A stretch of DNA of 64,000 nt from an uncultured delta proteobacterium. GTDB lineage: Bacteria > Myxococcota_A > Polyangia > Polyangiales > Polyangiaceae. The notes below the pieces were generated by a model. It made no database searches and was not told the DNA's origin. It was given only the letters and a program-made list of their open reading frames with translations. The position numbers and the translations under genes were made by a program. Below are positions 55,092 through 64,000 of the stretch, piece after piece; positions within the stretch are counted from its first letter, which is position 1; each line of letters starts with the position of its first letter. The stretch is taken from assembly GCA_963841435.1 (NCBI GenBank), contig CAWJCS010000005.1:320001-384000 (forward strand), in the 5' to 3' direction.

Positions 55092-55407
55092 TCGGATTTT
55101 CGATGTGTGCGCGCGACGTGATAGCCGGCTGGCGCCGGGTCGCCGGGCTGCCACCCGCGCGTGCGCTCCCGAGCGGCGGACTGCGCCGCGCCAACGCGCC
55201 CGAACGACGACACCAGGAGCAGCGCGCTCGCAGCGGCGAAAGACTGCGTCGCGATCCGTCGCCCGCATCTCGCCACCGGCGCTCTTCCCGTCAAGCCCGA
55301 AAAGCATAGCGCGCGCCGCCAACGCCTCCACGGGTTTCAGCCGGGCCTAGGCGCACACCTTGCGATTGTCGCGGCCGCCGTCCCCGTCCGGCAGCGGGAC
55401 CATCACG

Positions 55408-55500
55408 GACGCGGAAGACATGGAAGACGTGGCGCGCCGCACGGCCACCCGCATCGAGAAAGTCCTCCGAGCAACTGGCCGTATCTTCGAGCCGCCCGAC
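55408..55500 (+). mobile_element. Remnant of a second, diverged IS91-like transposase
   Basis: DMEDVARRTATRIEKVLRATGR versus DVEDVARRTAARIEKILRASGR at about 46275-46340. Confidence 0.75.
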
Positions 55501-55616
55501 GGCTGCGCTCGCGACGGAGCCGTACACGACGCTCGGCTGGTCTCGATGCGCGTCTCCGGCCCCGGCTTCGCCGAGGGCCGTGCTCGACTTGCGTCAGCGC
55601 GCCCTTTCGGGCGCGC

Positions 55617-55733
55617 CGGAGAGGGCGGGATGCGCGGCGGGGTTCGATGAGGGGCCGTCGGGTCGAACCCGCCTCGATGCAGCTCGACGAGCATGAGGCC
55701 CGACAGCGGGCCGCGACGGTTCGAATCCCGCCC
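55617..55733. repeat. Direct and inverted copies of the tRNA-Ser 3' end
   Basis: 55617-55631 equals 55785-55799; 55663-55672 equals 55800-55809; 55718-55733 is the reverse complement of 55791-55806. Confidence 0.8.
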
Positions 55734-55784
55734 GAGCGACGGGAGGCTTGGGGCGGGAACGGTGGGGGCTGTTTTGGAACGTTG

Positions 55785-55872
55785 CGGAGAGGGCGGGATT
55801 CGAACCCGCGGTAGGCTTTTGGCCTACGCCCGCTTAGCAAGCGGGTACCTTCGGCCACTCGGTCACCTCTCC
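55785..55872 (-). tRNA. tRNA-Ser(GCT), CCA not encoded
   Basis: Acceptor stem GGAGAGG/CCTCTCC, anticodon arm CCCGC-TTGCTAA-GCGGG, long variable arm, GGTTCGAATCC. Confidence 0.96.
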
Positions 55873-55967
55873 GGTTTCCGCCTGGCGGCTGCCGGAAGGT
55901 AGCCGGGCGTGCCCTCACGTCAAGCGGCAGGATCGCTTCGACCCGGGAGTTCCGCTATACGCCGCCG

Positions 55968-57530
55968 GTGCTGCTTGCCGCCGCCGTGGCCTTTGCTGCC
56001 GTCGGGCTCGGGCTGTTGCTCGGGCTTGCGCCGGCCGCCCGGGTGCAGCTTTCGGGGCCCCTCCGGACGTTTGCGCTGGCGGCAGCGCTCGGGGTCGTGG
56101 TTTCGCACCTCCTGCCCGAAGCGTTCGCCAAGCTCGGCGCGCCGGGGCTCTACATTTTCGCGGCAACCATCGCCGTCCCCGGCTGGATGCGTGTCGTTTC
56201 GCGGCTCGTCGGGAGCGCACCGCACGGCGGACACGGGCACGTGGGCTTGAAGGCCGGCTACCTCGGGCTCCTCGTGCACCACGTGGGCGACGGGCTCGGG
56301 CTCGGTGCCTACGGGTCACTCCCCGGGGGCGCTCTGGCCCACGCCGACGTGCTGCTCGCGCTCGCCGTGCACACCGTGCCGCTCGTCGCCGTCGTGACGC
56401 TGGCGTTCCGCGCGTGGGCGGGCACGCGGGCGGCAGTGATGGCGAGCGCGGGGCTCGCGGTCGCGAGCCTGGTGGGCGTGGGGGCCTCGGGCTTCGTGCC
56501 GGCGGACACCCTCGAGTCCATCTCGGGGTACGTCGCTGCCGGCGTCGCGGCGTTGCTCGTACACGTCGTGACGCACGATCTCAATCGCGATCTGCCGTCG
56601 GACACCCGCTCGCGCACCATCGACGCACTGGCAGCGGTGCTTGGCGTCGCAACGGCGCTCGTCGGTGGCGAGCCGGAGCTTTTCGCGCTGCGCGTGGAGC
56701 TCGGGCGACTCTTGCTCGACGAGCTCTTGCCGCTCGCGCCGGCACTCGTGCTGGCGGTTCTCGCGTCGACCCTGCTCGCGCGCACGTCGAGCGAAGCGGC
56801 GCTCCGGTGGCTCCGACCGATGCCGTCGCCGGCCTTCGGGCTCGATGGGGTGCTCGCCGCGTTCGCCCTGGGTGGTGCGCGCTTCGGAGCCCTGTTTTTC
56901 GTGGGGCTTTTGCTGGTGACGCGAGCCGTGGCGCTGCGCGGCGGCGGCGCTTCCAGTGCCTTCGTCGAGGCATCCGAGCCCTTCTCCACGGCGGCGCTCG
57001 GGCGCCTCGGACGGCTCGCGCCGGGGGTCGCGACAGGGCTGCTCGTGGCGGGTCTCGTGCGGCTCCTGCCGGACGCTGCGCTCGCCGACTTGCCGCGCGC
57101 CGTGGCGCTCGTCGCGGTGCTCGCCGTCGCGCTGCCCTCGGGAATGAATGCGGCCTCGGCCGTGCTCGTGACGCTCGCGCTCGTCAATCGCGGGCTCGCA
57201 CCGGGCGTCGCTCTCGGGTTCGCGCTCGTCGCCGCTGCGCCGACGCTCGCGGCGCTCGAGGCCGGGCACGGAGTGCGCGGGCGCGCGCTGTGGACGCTCG
57301 GCGCGACCCTGCTGGTCGGGCTCGGCGTCGGCTGGGGAAGCGCGGGGGCGTTCGCGCTGCCGCCGCCGTTGCCCGAGGCGGCGTCGTACGCGGCGCTCGC
57401 GGCGCTCGTGCCCGCGCTCGCTTTCGTCGCATTCCAGCGGGGCGTGCGAGGGCTCCTGCTCGCCGTCGTGCCGTCGCACGACTCGGCGGAGCCACCCGCG
57501 CGCCACGCGCACGACGTCAGCGCAGCGTGA
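55968..57530 (+). CDS. Multi-TM permease with a ZIP-like N-terminal half
   Basis: HLLPEA, LVHHVGDG, AVHTVP, His-rich loop; many TM segments. Confidence 0.6.
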   Translation: MLLAAAVAFAAVGLGLLLGLAPAARVQLSGPLRTFALAAALGVVVSHLLPEAFAKLGAPGLYIFAATIAVPGWMRVVSRLVGSAPHGGHGHVGLKAGYLGLLVHHVGDGLGLGAYGSLPGGALAHADVLLALAVHTVPLVAVVTLAFRAWAGTRAAVMASAGLAVASLVGVGASGFVPADTLESISGYVAAGVAALLVHVVTHDLNRDLPSDTRSRTIDALAAVLGVATALVGGEPELFALRVELGRLLLDELLPLAPALVLAVLASTLLARTSSEAALRWLRPMPSPAFGLDGVLAAFALGGARFGALFFVGLLLVTRAVALRGGGASSAFVEASEPFSTAALGRLGRLAPGVATGLLVAGLVRLLPDAALADLPRAVALVAVLAVALPSGMNAASAVLVTLALVNRGLAPGVALGFALVAAAPTLAALEAGHGVRGRALWTLGATLLVGLGVGWGSAGAFALPPPLPEAASYAALAALVPALAFVAFQRGVRGLLLAVVPSHDSAEPPARHAHDVSAA

Positions 57531-59325
57531 GCGCGAACGGCAGCGCGGCGACCACGGTTTCGCCCGCGAGCAGCGGACCGAGAGCGGCGGCGAACGGGCG
57601 GAGCTCGGCGGGAAGTGCCTCGAGCGAAAGGCTCGGCCGCGCGCGGAGATCGGCGAGCGCCGCGGCGATGTGGGATTCGTCGGCGCCTTCGTCGAGGTTC
57701 AACAGGTCGAGCAGCCCTTCGGCCGGGCCGACGACGGCGACCGGCGCCTTGTCCGGCAACCCCCCGAGCCTGCGCGCCGCTCGAATGGCGGCTTCGAGCC
57801 CGCCAATCTCGTCGACGAGGCCGCGCTCGAGACCCTGCGGTCCGCTCCAGATGCGGCCCTCCGCGCTCGCGCGCACGCGCTCGGCCGGCATCTTTCGCCC
57901 TTCGGCGACGCGCGCCACGAAGAGATCGTAGATACCCTGCATGAGCGCCCGCACGCGCCCGCGCGTCGGCTCGTCCCAGGCAATGAGCGGCGACAGGTAG
58001 GCCGCGCGCTCGGCGGCGCCCGGCGCCGTGCTCGCCGGAAACGTGACGTTGTTCACGCCGATTTGCTCGAGCGCCGGGCCGAGCACGACCTTGCCCCCGA
58101 ACACGCCGATCGACCCGACGATGCTCGAGTGCTCGGCGAAGATGCGCTGCGTGCCCGAGGCGATGTAGTACCCGCCACTCGCCGCCATGCCGCCGACCGA
58201 GGCGACCACGGGTTTCTTCTTCCTGAGCTCCATGAGCTCGTGCCAGATGAGATCGCTCGCGAGCGGCGAGCCGCCCGGCGAATCGATGCGCAGCACGACG
58301 GCCTTGGCGGCATCGTCATGCTGTAGCTTGCGCAGCACCTTCACGAAGGCATTCGACGTGATGCCGCTGGCGCCGAAAACACCCCCCGATGCCACTGAAA
58401 TGGCGCCCTGCGCGGGGACGACGGCAACGTGCGGGCGATTGCCCACACCGTCGTTCGCACCCGAGAGTACGCGCACCACCTCGGCGAAATCGAGACCATG
58501 GTCGGCGCCGCTCTTCGGTCCGAACGCCACCTCGAGGGCGTCGACCTTGGCGTGCTTCTTGGCGTCGGCGAGCGCGTCGGACTCGTAGCCCACCGCGTCG
58601 ACGAGACCGCGTGCCTTGGCTTCGACGGGGCTGAAAGGCCCGCTCTCGAGTGCTTCGAGCGCCGTCGGCGGCACCTTCGCGTCAACGGCGAGCCACCCTT
58701 CGCGGATCGAGCCGAGCGTGCTCTCGAGCGACTCGCGCGCCTCCTTACTCGGCCCCTCGTTGGTGAGCGGTTCGGGTCCGCTCTTGAAGCGCCCCACGTG
58801 CAAGAAATCCACTTCCACCTTGAGGCGATCGAAGAGCCCCTTCAGGTACACGACCTGCGCGGCGATACCCACGGTCTCCGCCTCGCCCGCCGCTCCGAGC
58901 CAACGCCGCGTGCAGCCCCTGAGCGCGAGCGACGCCGTGGCGTTCGACAGGCCCTCGGCATGGCAAACGACGGGCACCCCCTTCTTCGCGAATCGCGCGA
59001 GCATCCCGCCAATCTCCTCGGCCTGCGCAAGATCGAGCGTTGCGCCCGAGAGGCTCACGAACACGCCTTTCGTGGTGTCCTTGTCGAGGCCCTGCTCGAG
59101 CGCTCGAACGAGGCCCGTGTACGTGCGTGACGCCGGCAACTGGAAGAGGCCGCCCGAAAGGGCTTCGGGAGCGCCGGCCCCGAGATCGATCTGGAGGATG
59201 CGCGGATCACCGGTGCCGGGCGAAGGCGTGCTCGTGCCGTCCGCGCTCGCGTAGGAGCGCGGGCGCGGCGTGCACGCGATCGACACGACGACGAGCGCGG
59301 CAAGCGCGACCCGTTTTCGCTTCAC
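57517..59325 (-). CDS. sppA: Signal peptide peptidase SppA (S49), long form
   Basis: VLRIDSPGGS, MAASGGYY, VGSIGV, GLVDEIGG. Confidence 0.9.
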   Translation of the reverse strand: MKRKRVALAALVVVSIACTPRPRSYASADGTSTPSPGTGDPRILQIDLGAGAPEALSGGLFQLPASRTYTGLVRALEQGLDKDTTKGVFVSLSGATLDLAQAEEIGGMLARFAKKGVPVVCHAEGLSNATASLALRGCTRRWLGAAGEAETVGIAAQVVYLKGLFDRLKVEVDFLHVGRFKSGPEPLTNEGPSKEARESLESTLGSIREGWLAVDAKVPPTALEALESGPFSPVEAKARGLVDAVGYESDALADAKKHAKVDALEVAFGPKSGADHGLDFAEVVRVLSGANDGVGNRPHVAVVPAQGAISVASGGVFGASGITSNAFVKVLRKLQHDDAAKAVVLRIDSPGGSPLASDLIWHELMELRKKKPVVASVGGMAASGGYYIASGTQRIFAEHSSIVGSIGVFGGKVVLGPALEQIGVNNVTFPASTAPGAAERAAYLSPLIAWDEPTRGRVRALMQGIYDLFVARVAEGRKMPAERVRASAEGRIWSGPQGLERGLVDEIGGLEAAIRAARRLGGLPDKAPVAVVGPAEGLLDLLNLDEGADESHIAAALADLRARPSLSLEALPAELRPFAAALGPLLAGETVVAALPFALTLR

Positions 59326-61719
59326 GGCGGCGCGACCCCGGGCAGATCGGAGGTATCGATGTAGGGCGTGGGGCTCGGCGCGGGTGTCGTCGGCGCGCTC
59401 GTGGCCGTGGGCGCGCTCGTGGCCGTGGGCGCGGGCTTGCTCGAGCCGGATTCTTCCTTGCTCGCCGCCGACTCGGCCTTGCTAGCCTCGGCGATGCGTG
59501 CGGCGGCGCGCTGCCCGTAGTCCGTCGAGGGCCCGACCTGCTCGACGACCCTGCGGTAAAGCACGAGCGCGCCTTTGTGATCGCCCGAGTGCCACTTCTG
59601 GTCGGCAAGCGCCATCAAGGCAGGCAGGTAGCTCGGATTCGCGTCGAGCACCTGCGCGTAGAGGCGGCTCGCCGTCGCCGGATCGTTGCGCCGCCGCGCG
59701 ACGTCAGCGAGGCCGGACAGCGCCTCGGTGTTGCCAGGCTGCTCGTTCAGCACGCTCCGGTAGAGCTGGTCGGCGCGCGCGAGGTCGCCCGATTGCACGG
59801 CTTCTGACGCCTGGGCCAGACGCCTTCTGAAGTCGCCAGGCGCAGCCGGCTCCTCGGCCGAGGCACCCGAAGGCTCGGCGGGCTGTGCCTCGGTCGGGGG
59901 CGAAGCGGGGCCCGCGACCGGGCCCGGCTCGGTCACGGCGGCGTCAACACCGCCGTCGAGCGCGGCGCCGAACCTCGCGACGAACGCCGAAAGCTCCTCC
60001 ACGAGCGGGTGAGGGTGCTCGGCGTTCTTCACCTTCGCAAGCTCCGTCGCGGCCTCGACGACGCGGCCCGCGCGAACGAGCGCGTAGATGAGCGTCGCGC
60101 GCGCCCGCCCGAACGTCCTTACCGGACACAGCGGCTGCTCGCAGCCGCTCGATCACCGTGCTCCAGACGGGAGACGCCTCGGCGAGATCGAGCGCCGCGA
60201 GCACGAAAGCGTTGCGCGGATCGGTGGGGTTGGCCGCGATCGGCTGGATCCACTCGCGGGCCTTGGCCTCGTCGCCCGCCATGCGAAGCACGTCCACGCG
60301 CGCCCGGACCACGACCGGATCCTCGGGCGACACCGCGAACGCCGCGTCAACCGCCTGGCGCGCCTTGGCGACGCGCATGCCGAGCTCGCGTTGCGTCGCG
60401 AGCACGAGCTCGGTGGCCCCGGGGTCGAGCAGCCGCAGCTTGAGCCAGTACACGTCGGCCCGCAGCGTTTCGACCTGTGCGAAGCCGGCGAGCACGGCAG
60501 GGTCGCGCTCCACGAGCGCCTGAGCCTTCACGAGCTCCTCGCGAGCCTCGTCGTACCTCGACTGCTCGACGAGCTTGAGCCCTTCACCGAGAAAGCGGGC
60601 GGCGCGTTGATCGCGGGCGCTCGCCTCGGGTTTCGGTGCGTTCGTGAAGCGCGCGAGATACTTGTTGCCGACCGTCGCCGCGAGCAGCCCCGCGACCGCG
60701 AGGAACACGACGCCGGCAATCCAGCGCGAGCGAGCGCGCCGGCCGGCGTCGGGAGGTGGGCCGTAGTTGAGCTCGTCGTAGGAGGGCATGCGCCCGCGAG
60801 GCGTCGAGGGCGGCGGCGCGATTCTCGGCACGGAGCGGGGGGCCCGGCCGACCTCGAGCGTGGCGTCGAATGCGGCGCTCGACGGCGCGGGCCGCTCGCG
60901 GACGGGCTCGGCGGGGCGGCCGGCTGACGGTGTCGTCGCGGGCGCCGGCGGCTCGACGGGCGGCTCCGCTGCGGGCAGCGTGTTGTCGAAGAAAGCCGGT
61001 ACGGTCGGCTGCTCGTCCTTGCTCTCGTAGCGCAGGGTGCCGGTCGAGACGGCGACGGGCCTCGGGCCGCCGGCGGCGCTCCCGATATCGGGCGGGGACG
61101 CCGCGGCGAACGGCTGGTCGGGCGTGCGCTCGGTCGGCGCGAGCGCGCTCGGCACCTCGCTCGACTCGCTGCCCTGCACGAGCACGTGCGGTGCGGAGGT
61201 CTGCTGCTGGAAGCTTTGCGCTTCGGAATCCGTGACGGGCAACGTAAACGACAGGCCGGCGTCCTTTGGGGACGCCTGATGGGGGGCCGGCTGACCCAGG
61301 CCGGCTTGCGTCTTGCCGGCCGATGGGCGCGGCGCGCCGCTCGGGGGTGGTGCGACGCCGTGGATCGTCCGAGGCACGCTCATGAGCCCCCGCGCGACGC
61401 CCGCGGTCGAGGTGAAGAACGGCTCGAGCTCGGGAATGGACCCGAGCGGGCGCGGCGGCTCGGCCCCGCGCGAGAGAAGGTCGCGCGGGCCGACCTTGTG
61501 ATCGCCGATTGCCCGCTGCAGATCGCGGAGCGACGTGTACACGTGCTCCTTGCCCGACGCCGTCCTCACGAGCCAGCGCTCCGGTGAGCTCTTGCGACCC
61601 TCGGGGTAGATCTTGAACTGGAAGCCGCAGTTCGTGCACTGCACGGTGGTTCCCCGATCGGAGATCAACGTGTCGTCGAACTCGTAGTCGGTCCCGCAGC
61701 GCTGACAGCGAACGTCCAT
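59322..61719 (-). CDS. Zinc-ribbon (MJ0042-type) membrane protein with TPRs; frameshift near 60100
   Basis: CQRC...VQCTNCGFQF, Pro-rich linker, one TM, TPR-like C-terminus. Confidence 0.78.
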
Positions 61720-61876
61720 GCTCGTTGGGGCTCGAGGGACCAAGACGCTAGCACGATGGAGAGAGCAGACGGAGCCATCGAGCAAGGAGAGTCGAGCAAA
61801 ACGCCTTCTCGCCCCATTTGTGCGCACCCTTGCGCCTTGCTACGCTAGGGGTCGGAGCGCTTCGCGCCCCTTGCCC

Positions 61877-62263
61877 ATGTCGCGCTTCGCTTCGACGCTC
61901 ATGGTGGTTTCGGCGCTCGTCGTCGCGGGGTGCCCCGTGTACGGCGGCAGATGCGACGGAGACGCCGACTGCGGCCCCGGCTACTCGTGCCGGGCGCCGG
62001 CGGGCGTGTGCGTAGCGCCGTCCAACCCCGGACCCGAGCGTTGCGCGGCGCCGAGCGACTGCGCCGGGGACGGCACCTGCGACCGTTTCGGACGCTGCCG
62101 CACGGAAAGTTGCCGTGAGGTCGGCTGCATCGAGGGCTTCGTCTGCCATGTCGAGGCCCTCGGCGAGCGCTGCGTCGCAGGCCCGGCGAGCAGCGGCGGC
62201 GCGGCAGGCGAGGCTGGATCCTCCACCAATTCCGGCGCATCGGCCGAGGCCGGACGCGGCTGA
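61877..62263 (+). CDS. Small Cys-rich lipoprotein
   Basis: VAGC lipobox; CDGDADCGPGYSC-type repeats. Confidence 0.65.
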   Translation: MSRFASTLMVVSALVVAGCPVYGGRCDGDADCGPGYSCRAPAGVCVAPSNPGPERCAAPSDCAGDGTCDRFGRCRTESCREVGCIEGFVCHVEALGERCVAGPASSGGAAGEAGSSTNSGASAEAGRG

Positions 62264-62298
62264 GGCGTCGTGCGGTAGACCGCCTCGAGAATCGGCGC

Positions 62299-63000
62299 TT
62301 ACTTAACGACCCTGAGGTAGGGCGGGAGCGCGCGCTTCTTCTTCGACCCCGCGCCGGTCTGGGCGTTGCCGCCCGCGGCACGTGCCTTGGGGACGCGCTC
62401 GGCGACGGCTGGCTGCGCCGCGGCCTGGGGGCGCGGCGCGGTGACCTTCTCCGCTGCTGCGGGCTCGGGGTGCGGCTGCGCGCTCTTCTTTTGCGGGCGA
62501 GCCTTCTTGCTCTCCGCCTTCTTCGACGGCCGCGTCGGACGCGCGGCGCGCGCCTTGGCTCCCGAGCGGGCTTTCGCAGTGCTCGACTTCGCCGCAGCGG
62601 GCGCGTCCTTCTTTTCCTCCGCGGGGGCGGGCACGCGCGAGAGGCGCGGCTCCTGCTGCTTCTGCGCCTGTGCGGCCACCTCGGGCGGCACGTCATCGGG
62701 CCAGACCATGCCGCGGCCCGTCTCACCCACGAGGGCGAACACCGCGCCCCAGGGGATTTTGCACCAGTGCGGCGAACGGTTGAAGCTCAACGTGCACGAC
62801 AGCCCCTGGTCGGAGACCTCGAGGTCCGGAATCGGCACCGGCATGTTGAGGCCGATCTGTAGGACGAGCTGCGGCTGCCGCTTGAACCACGTCGGCACGA
62901 GCACTTCCGAAGGGCGCGGGTCGATGTGAACGAACACCGATGCCTGCTCGAGCAGCGCGAGCGCGACGTCCTTCTTGCGGGGGAGCTGCGTTGGCTGCAT
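62299..63000 (-). CDS. sspB: ClpXP specificity-enhancing factor SspB family
   Basis: LQIGLNMPVPIPDL, TLSFNR, IPWGAVFA, C-terminal PYLRVVK. Confidence 0.85.
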   Translation of the reverse strand: MQPTQLPRKKDVALALLEQASVFVHIDPRPSEVLVPTWFKRQPQLVLQIGLNMPVPIPDLEVSDQGLSCTLSFNRSPHWCKIPWGAVFALVGETGRGMVWPDDVPPEVAAQAQKQQEPRLSRVPAPAEEKKDAPAAAKSSTAKARSGAKARAARPTRPSKKAESKKARPQKKSAQPHPEPAAAEKVTAPRPQAAAQPAVAERVPKARAAGGNAQTGAGSKKKRALPPYLRVVK

Positions 63001-63065
63001 CAGGGTCCATAGCTAATAGCAGTCTCCGGATTTCGCAATCGCGAACTCGGCGACGGCGCTCGGCG

Positions 63066-63569
63066 TTAGTCGTCCTTTGGGCAAAACTTGCGGCGAAGAA
63101 CGCCCGGGCCGTGCTCCGAGATTTCCGCCCAGTCGCCGATGGAAAGCTCGCAGTAAAGGAGCGCCGCCGTCGGCAGCGCCACCCCTTCGCCGGTGAGCCC
63201 GTGCACGAGCGATTCGAGGCCGGGATTGTGGCCGATCACCATGACCGAGCGCGCATCGCCGCCGCGCTCGGCGAGCGCCGCGAGGTACGCTTGCCGCTCG
63301 GCGAGGTAGAGCTCGCGCATGATGTCGATCGGGCCGTCGAAACCCGAGGTCTCCTGCAGTAGCTCCAACGTTTCGCGCGTGCGCGCCGAGCTCGAGCAGA
63401 GCACGCGATCGGGCATCAGGCCCTCGGCGAGCACGATCTCGCCCGCGCGCCGCGCCGCGCGCCGCCCGCGCGACGTGAGCCGGCGCGCGTCGTCGGCAAC
63501 GCCATCGGCATGCTCGGCTTTGGCGTGCCGCAGAACGAGCAGCTTTCTCACGGGGAGATCATGGCCCAC
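63066..63569 (-). CDS. sixA: Phosphohistidine phosphatase SixA family
   Basis: LRHAKA, RRLTSRG, SSSARTRET, IGHNPG. Confidence 0.85.
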   Translation of the reverse strand: MGHDLPVRKLLVLRHAKAEHADGVADDARRLTSRGRRAARRAGEIVLAEGLMPDRVLCSSSARTRETLELLQETSGFDGPIDIMRELYLAERQAYLAALAERGGDARSVMVIGHNPGLESLVHGLTGEGVALPTAALLYCELSIGDWAEISEHGPGVLRRKFCPKDD

Positions 63570-63672
63570 GTGCGGTCGGGCGACAATCGCCGGCGCCCAG
63601 GGCGGGCGGGAAATGCCGACCTGGTTTGCGGCTGCGAGCGCGCGGCGTTAGAAATCACGGCGGACGAGTAGC

Positions 63673-64000
63673 ATGAGCGCAAGAGTGCTGGTGGTGGAGG
63701 ACGAGCCGGCGATTGCCGAGTCGGTGGCGTACGCGCTCCGCCGCGATGGCTACACGGTGACGCTCGCCGCCACGCTCGGTGAAGCGGAGGCGGCCCGCGA
63801 GCAAGCCGACCTCGTGATCCTGGATTTGATGCTGCCGGACGGCAGTGGCTTCGACTGGATTTCCGCGGTGCGGGCCGAAGGGCGCGGCAAGCCCGTGATC
63901 GTGCTGTCGAGCCGCGACGGCGAGGCGGATCGCGTGGCCGCGCTGGAAACGGGCGCCGACGACTACGTGACCAAACCGTTCTCGCCGCGCGAGATCGTCG
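63673..64000 (+). CDS. OmpR-type response regulator, cut by the window edge
   Basis: VLVVEDE, LDLMLPDGSG, GADDYVTKPFSPRE. Confidence 0.9.
   Translation, partial: MSARVLVVEDEPAIAESVAYALRRDGYTVTLAATLGEAEAAREQADLVILDLMLPDGSGFDWISAVRAEGRGKPVIVLSSRDGEADRVAALETGADDYVTKPFSPREIV

Noticed and set aside
59385-59435. 18-bp tandem repeat
   Set aside because: Encodes an APTATS low-complexity linker inside a CDS.

Overview
GC-rich bacterial DNA that looks myxobacterial (Polyangiaceae/Sorangium-like). The supporting features are MYXO-CTERM-type tails, many Gly-linker Cys-rich lipoproteins, an FHA-sigma54 activator and an ECF/FecR pair. About 13 otherwise intact genes carry single frameshifts, most simply explained as long-read consensus errors. 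From 1 to 34 kb the window holds accessory genes: arsR-aquaporin-arsC, a 10.8-kb ECF sigma/anti-sigma + transglutaminase-7TM + ATP-grasp + TPR + beta-barrel operon, a vanadium haloperoxidase-family lipoprotein, a DUF2330-like protein, a SufS-like desulfurase, GST, an esterase and Dus. From about 34 to 55.8 kb is a plastic island next to the 3' end of tRNA-Ser(GCT). Its most striking part (35.1-41.7 kb) is a tandem cassette array. A full Asp-box lipoprotein gene (A) is coupled to a 16-Cys lipoprotein gene (B), then come three more units made of a 5'-truncated A tail plus a divergent B allele, and a fifth unit cut by an IS remnant. A and B allele types occur in all four combinations. The island also has one full IS91-family transposase, two extra copies of its oriIS-like end with different DNA to the left of each, and an AbiEii-type toxin-antitoxin pair. 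From 56 to 64 kb are core-like genes (permease, SppA, zinc-ribbon/TPR protein, SspB, SixA, response regulator). All family assignments come from motif recognition by eye; no database was searched.
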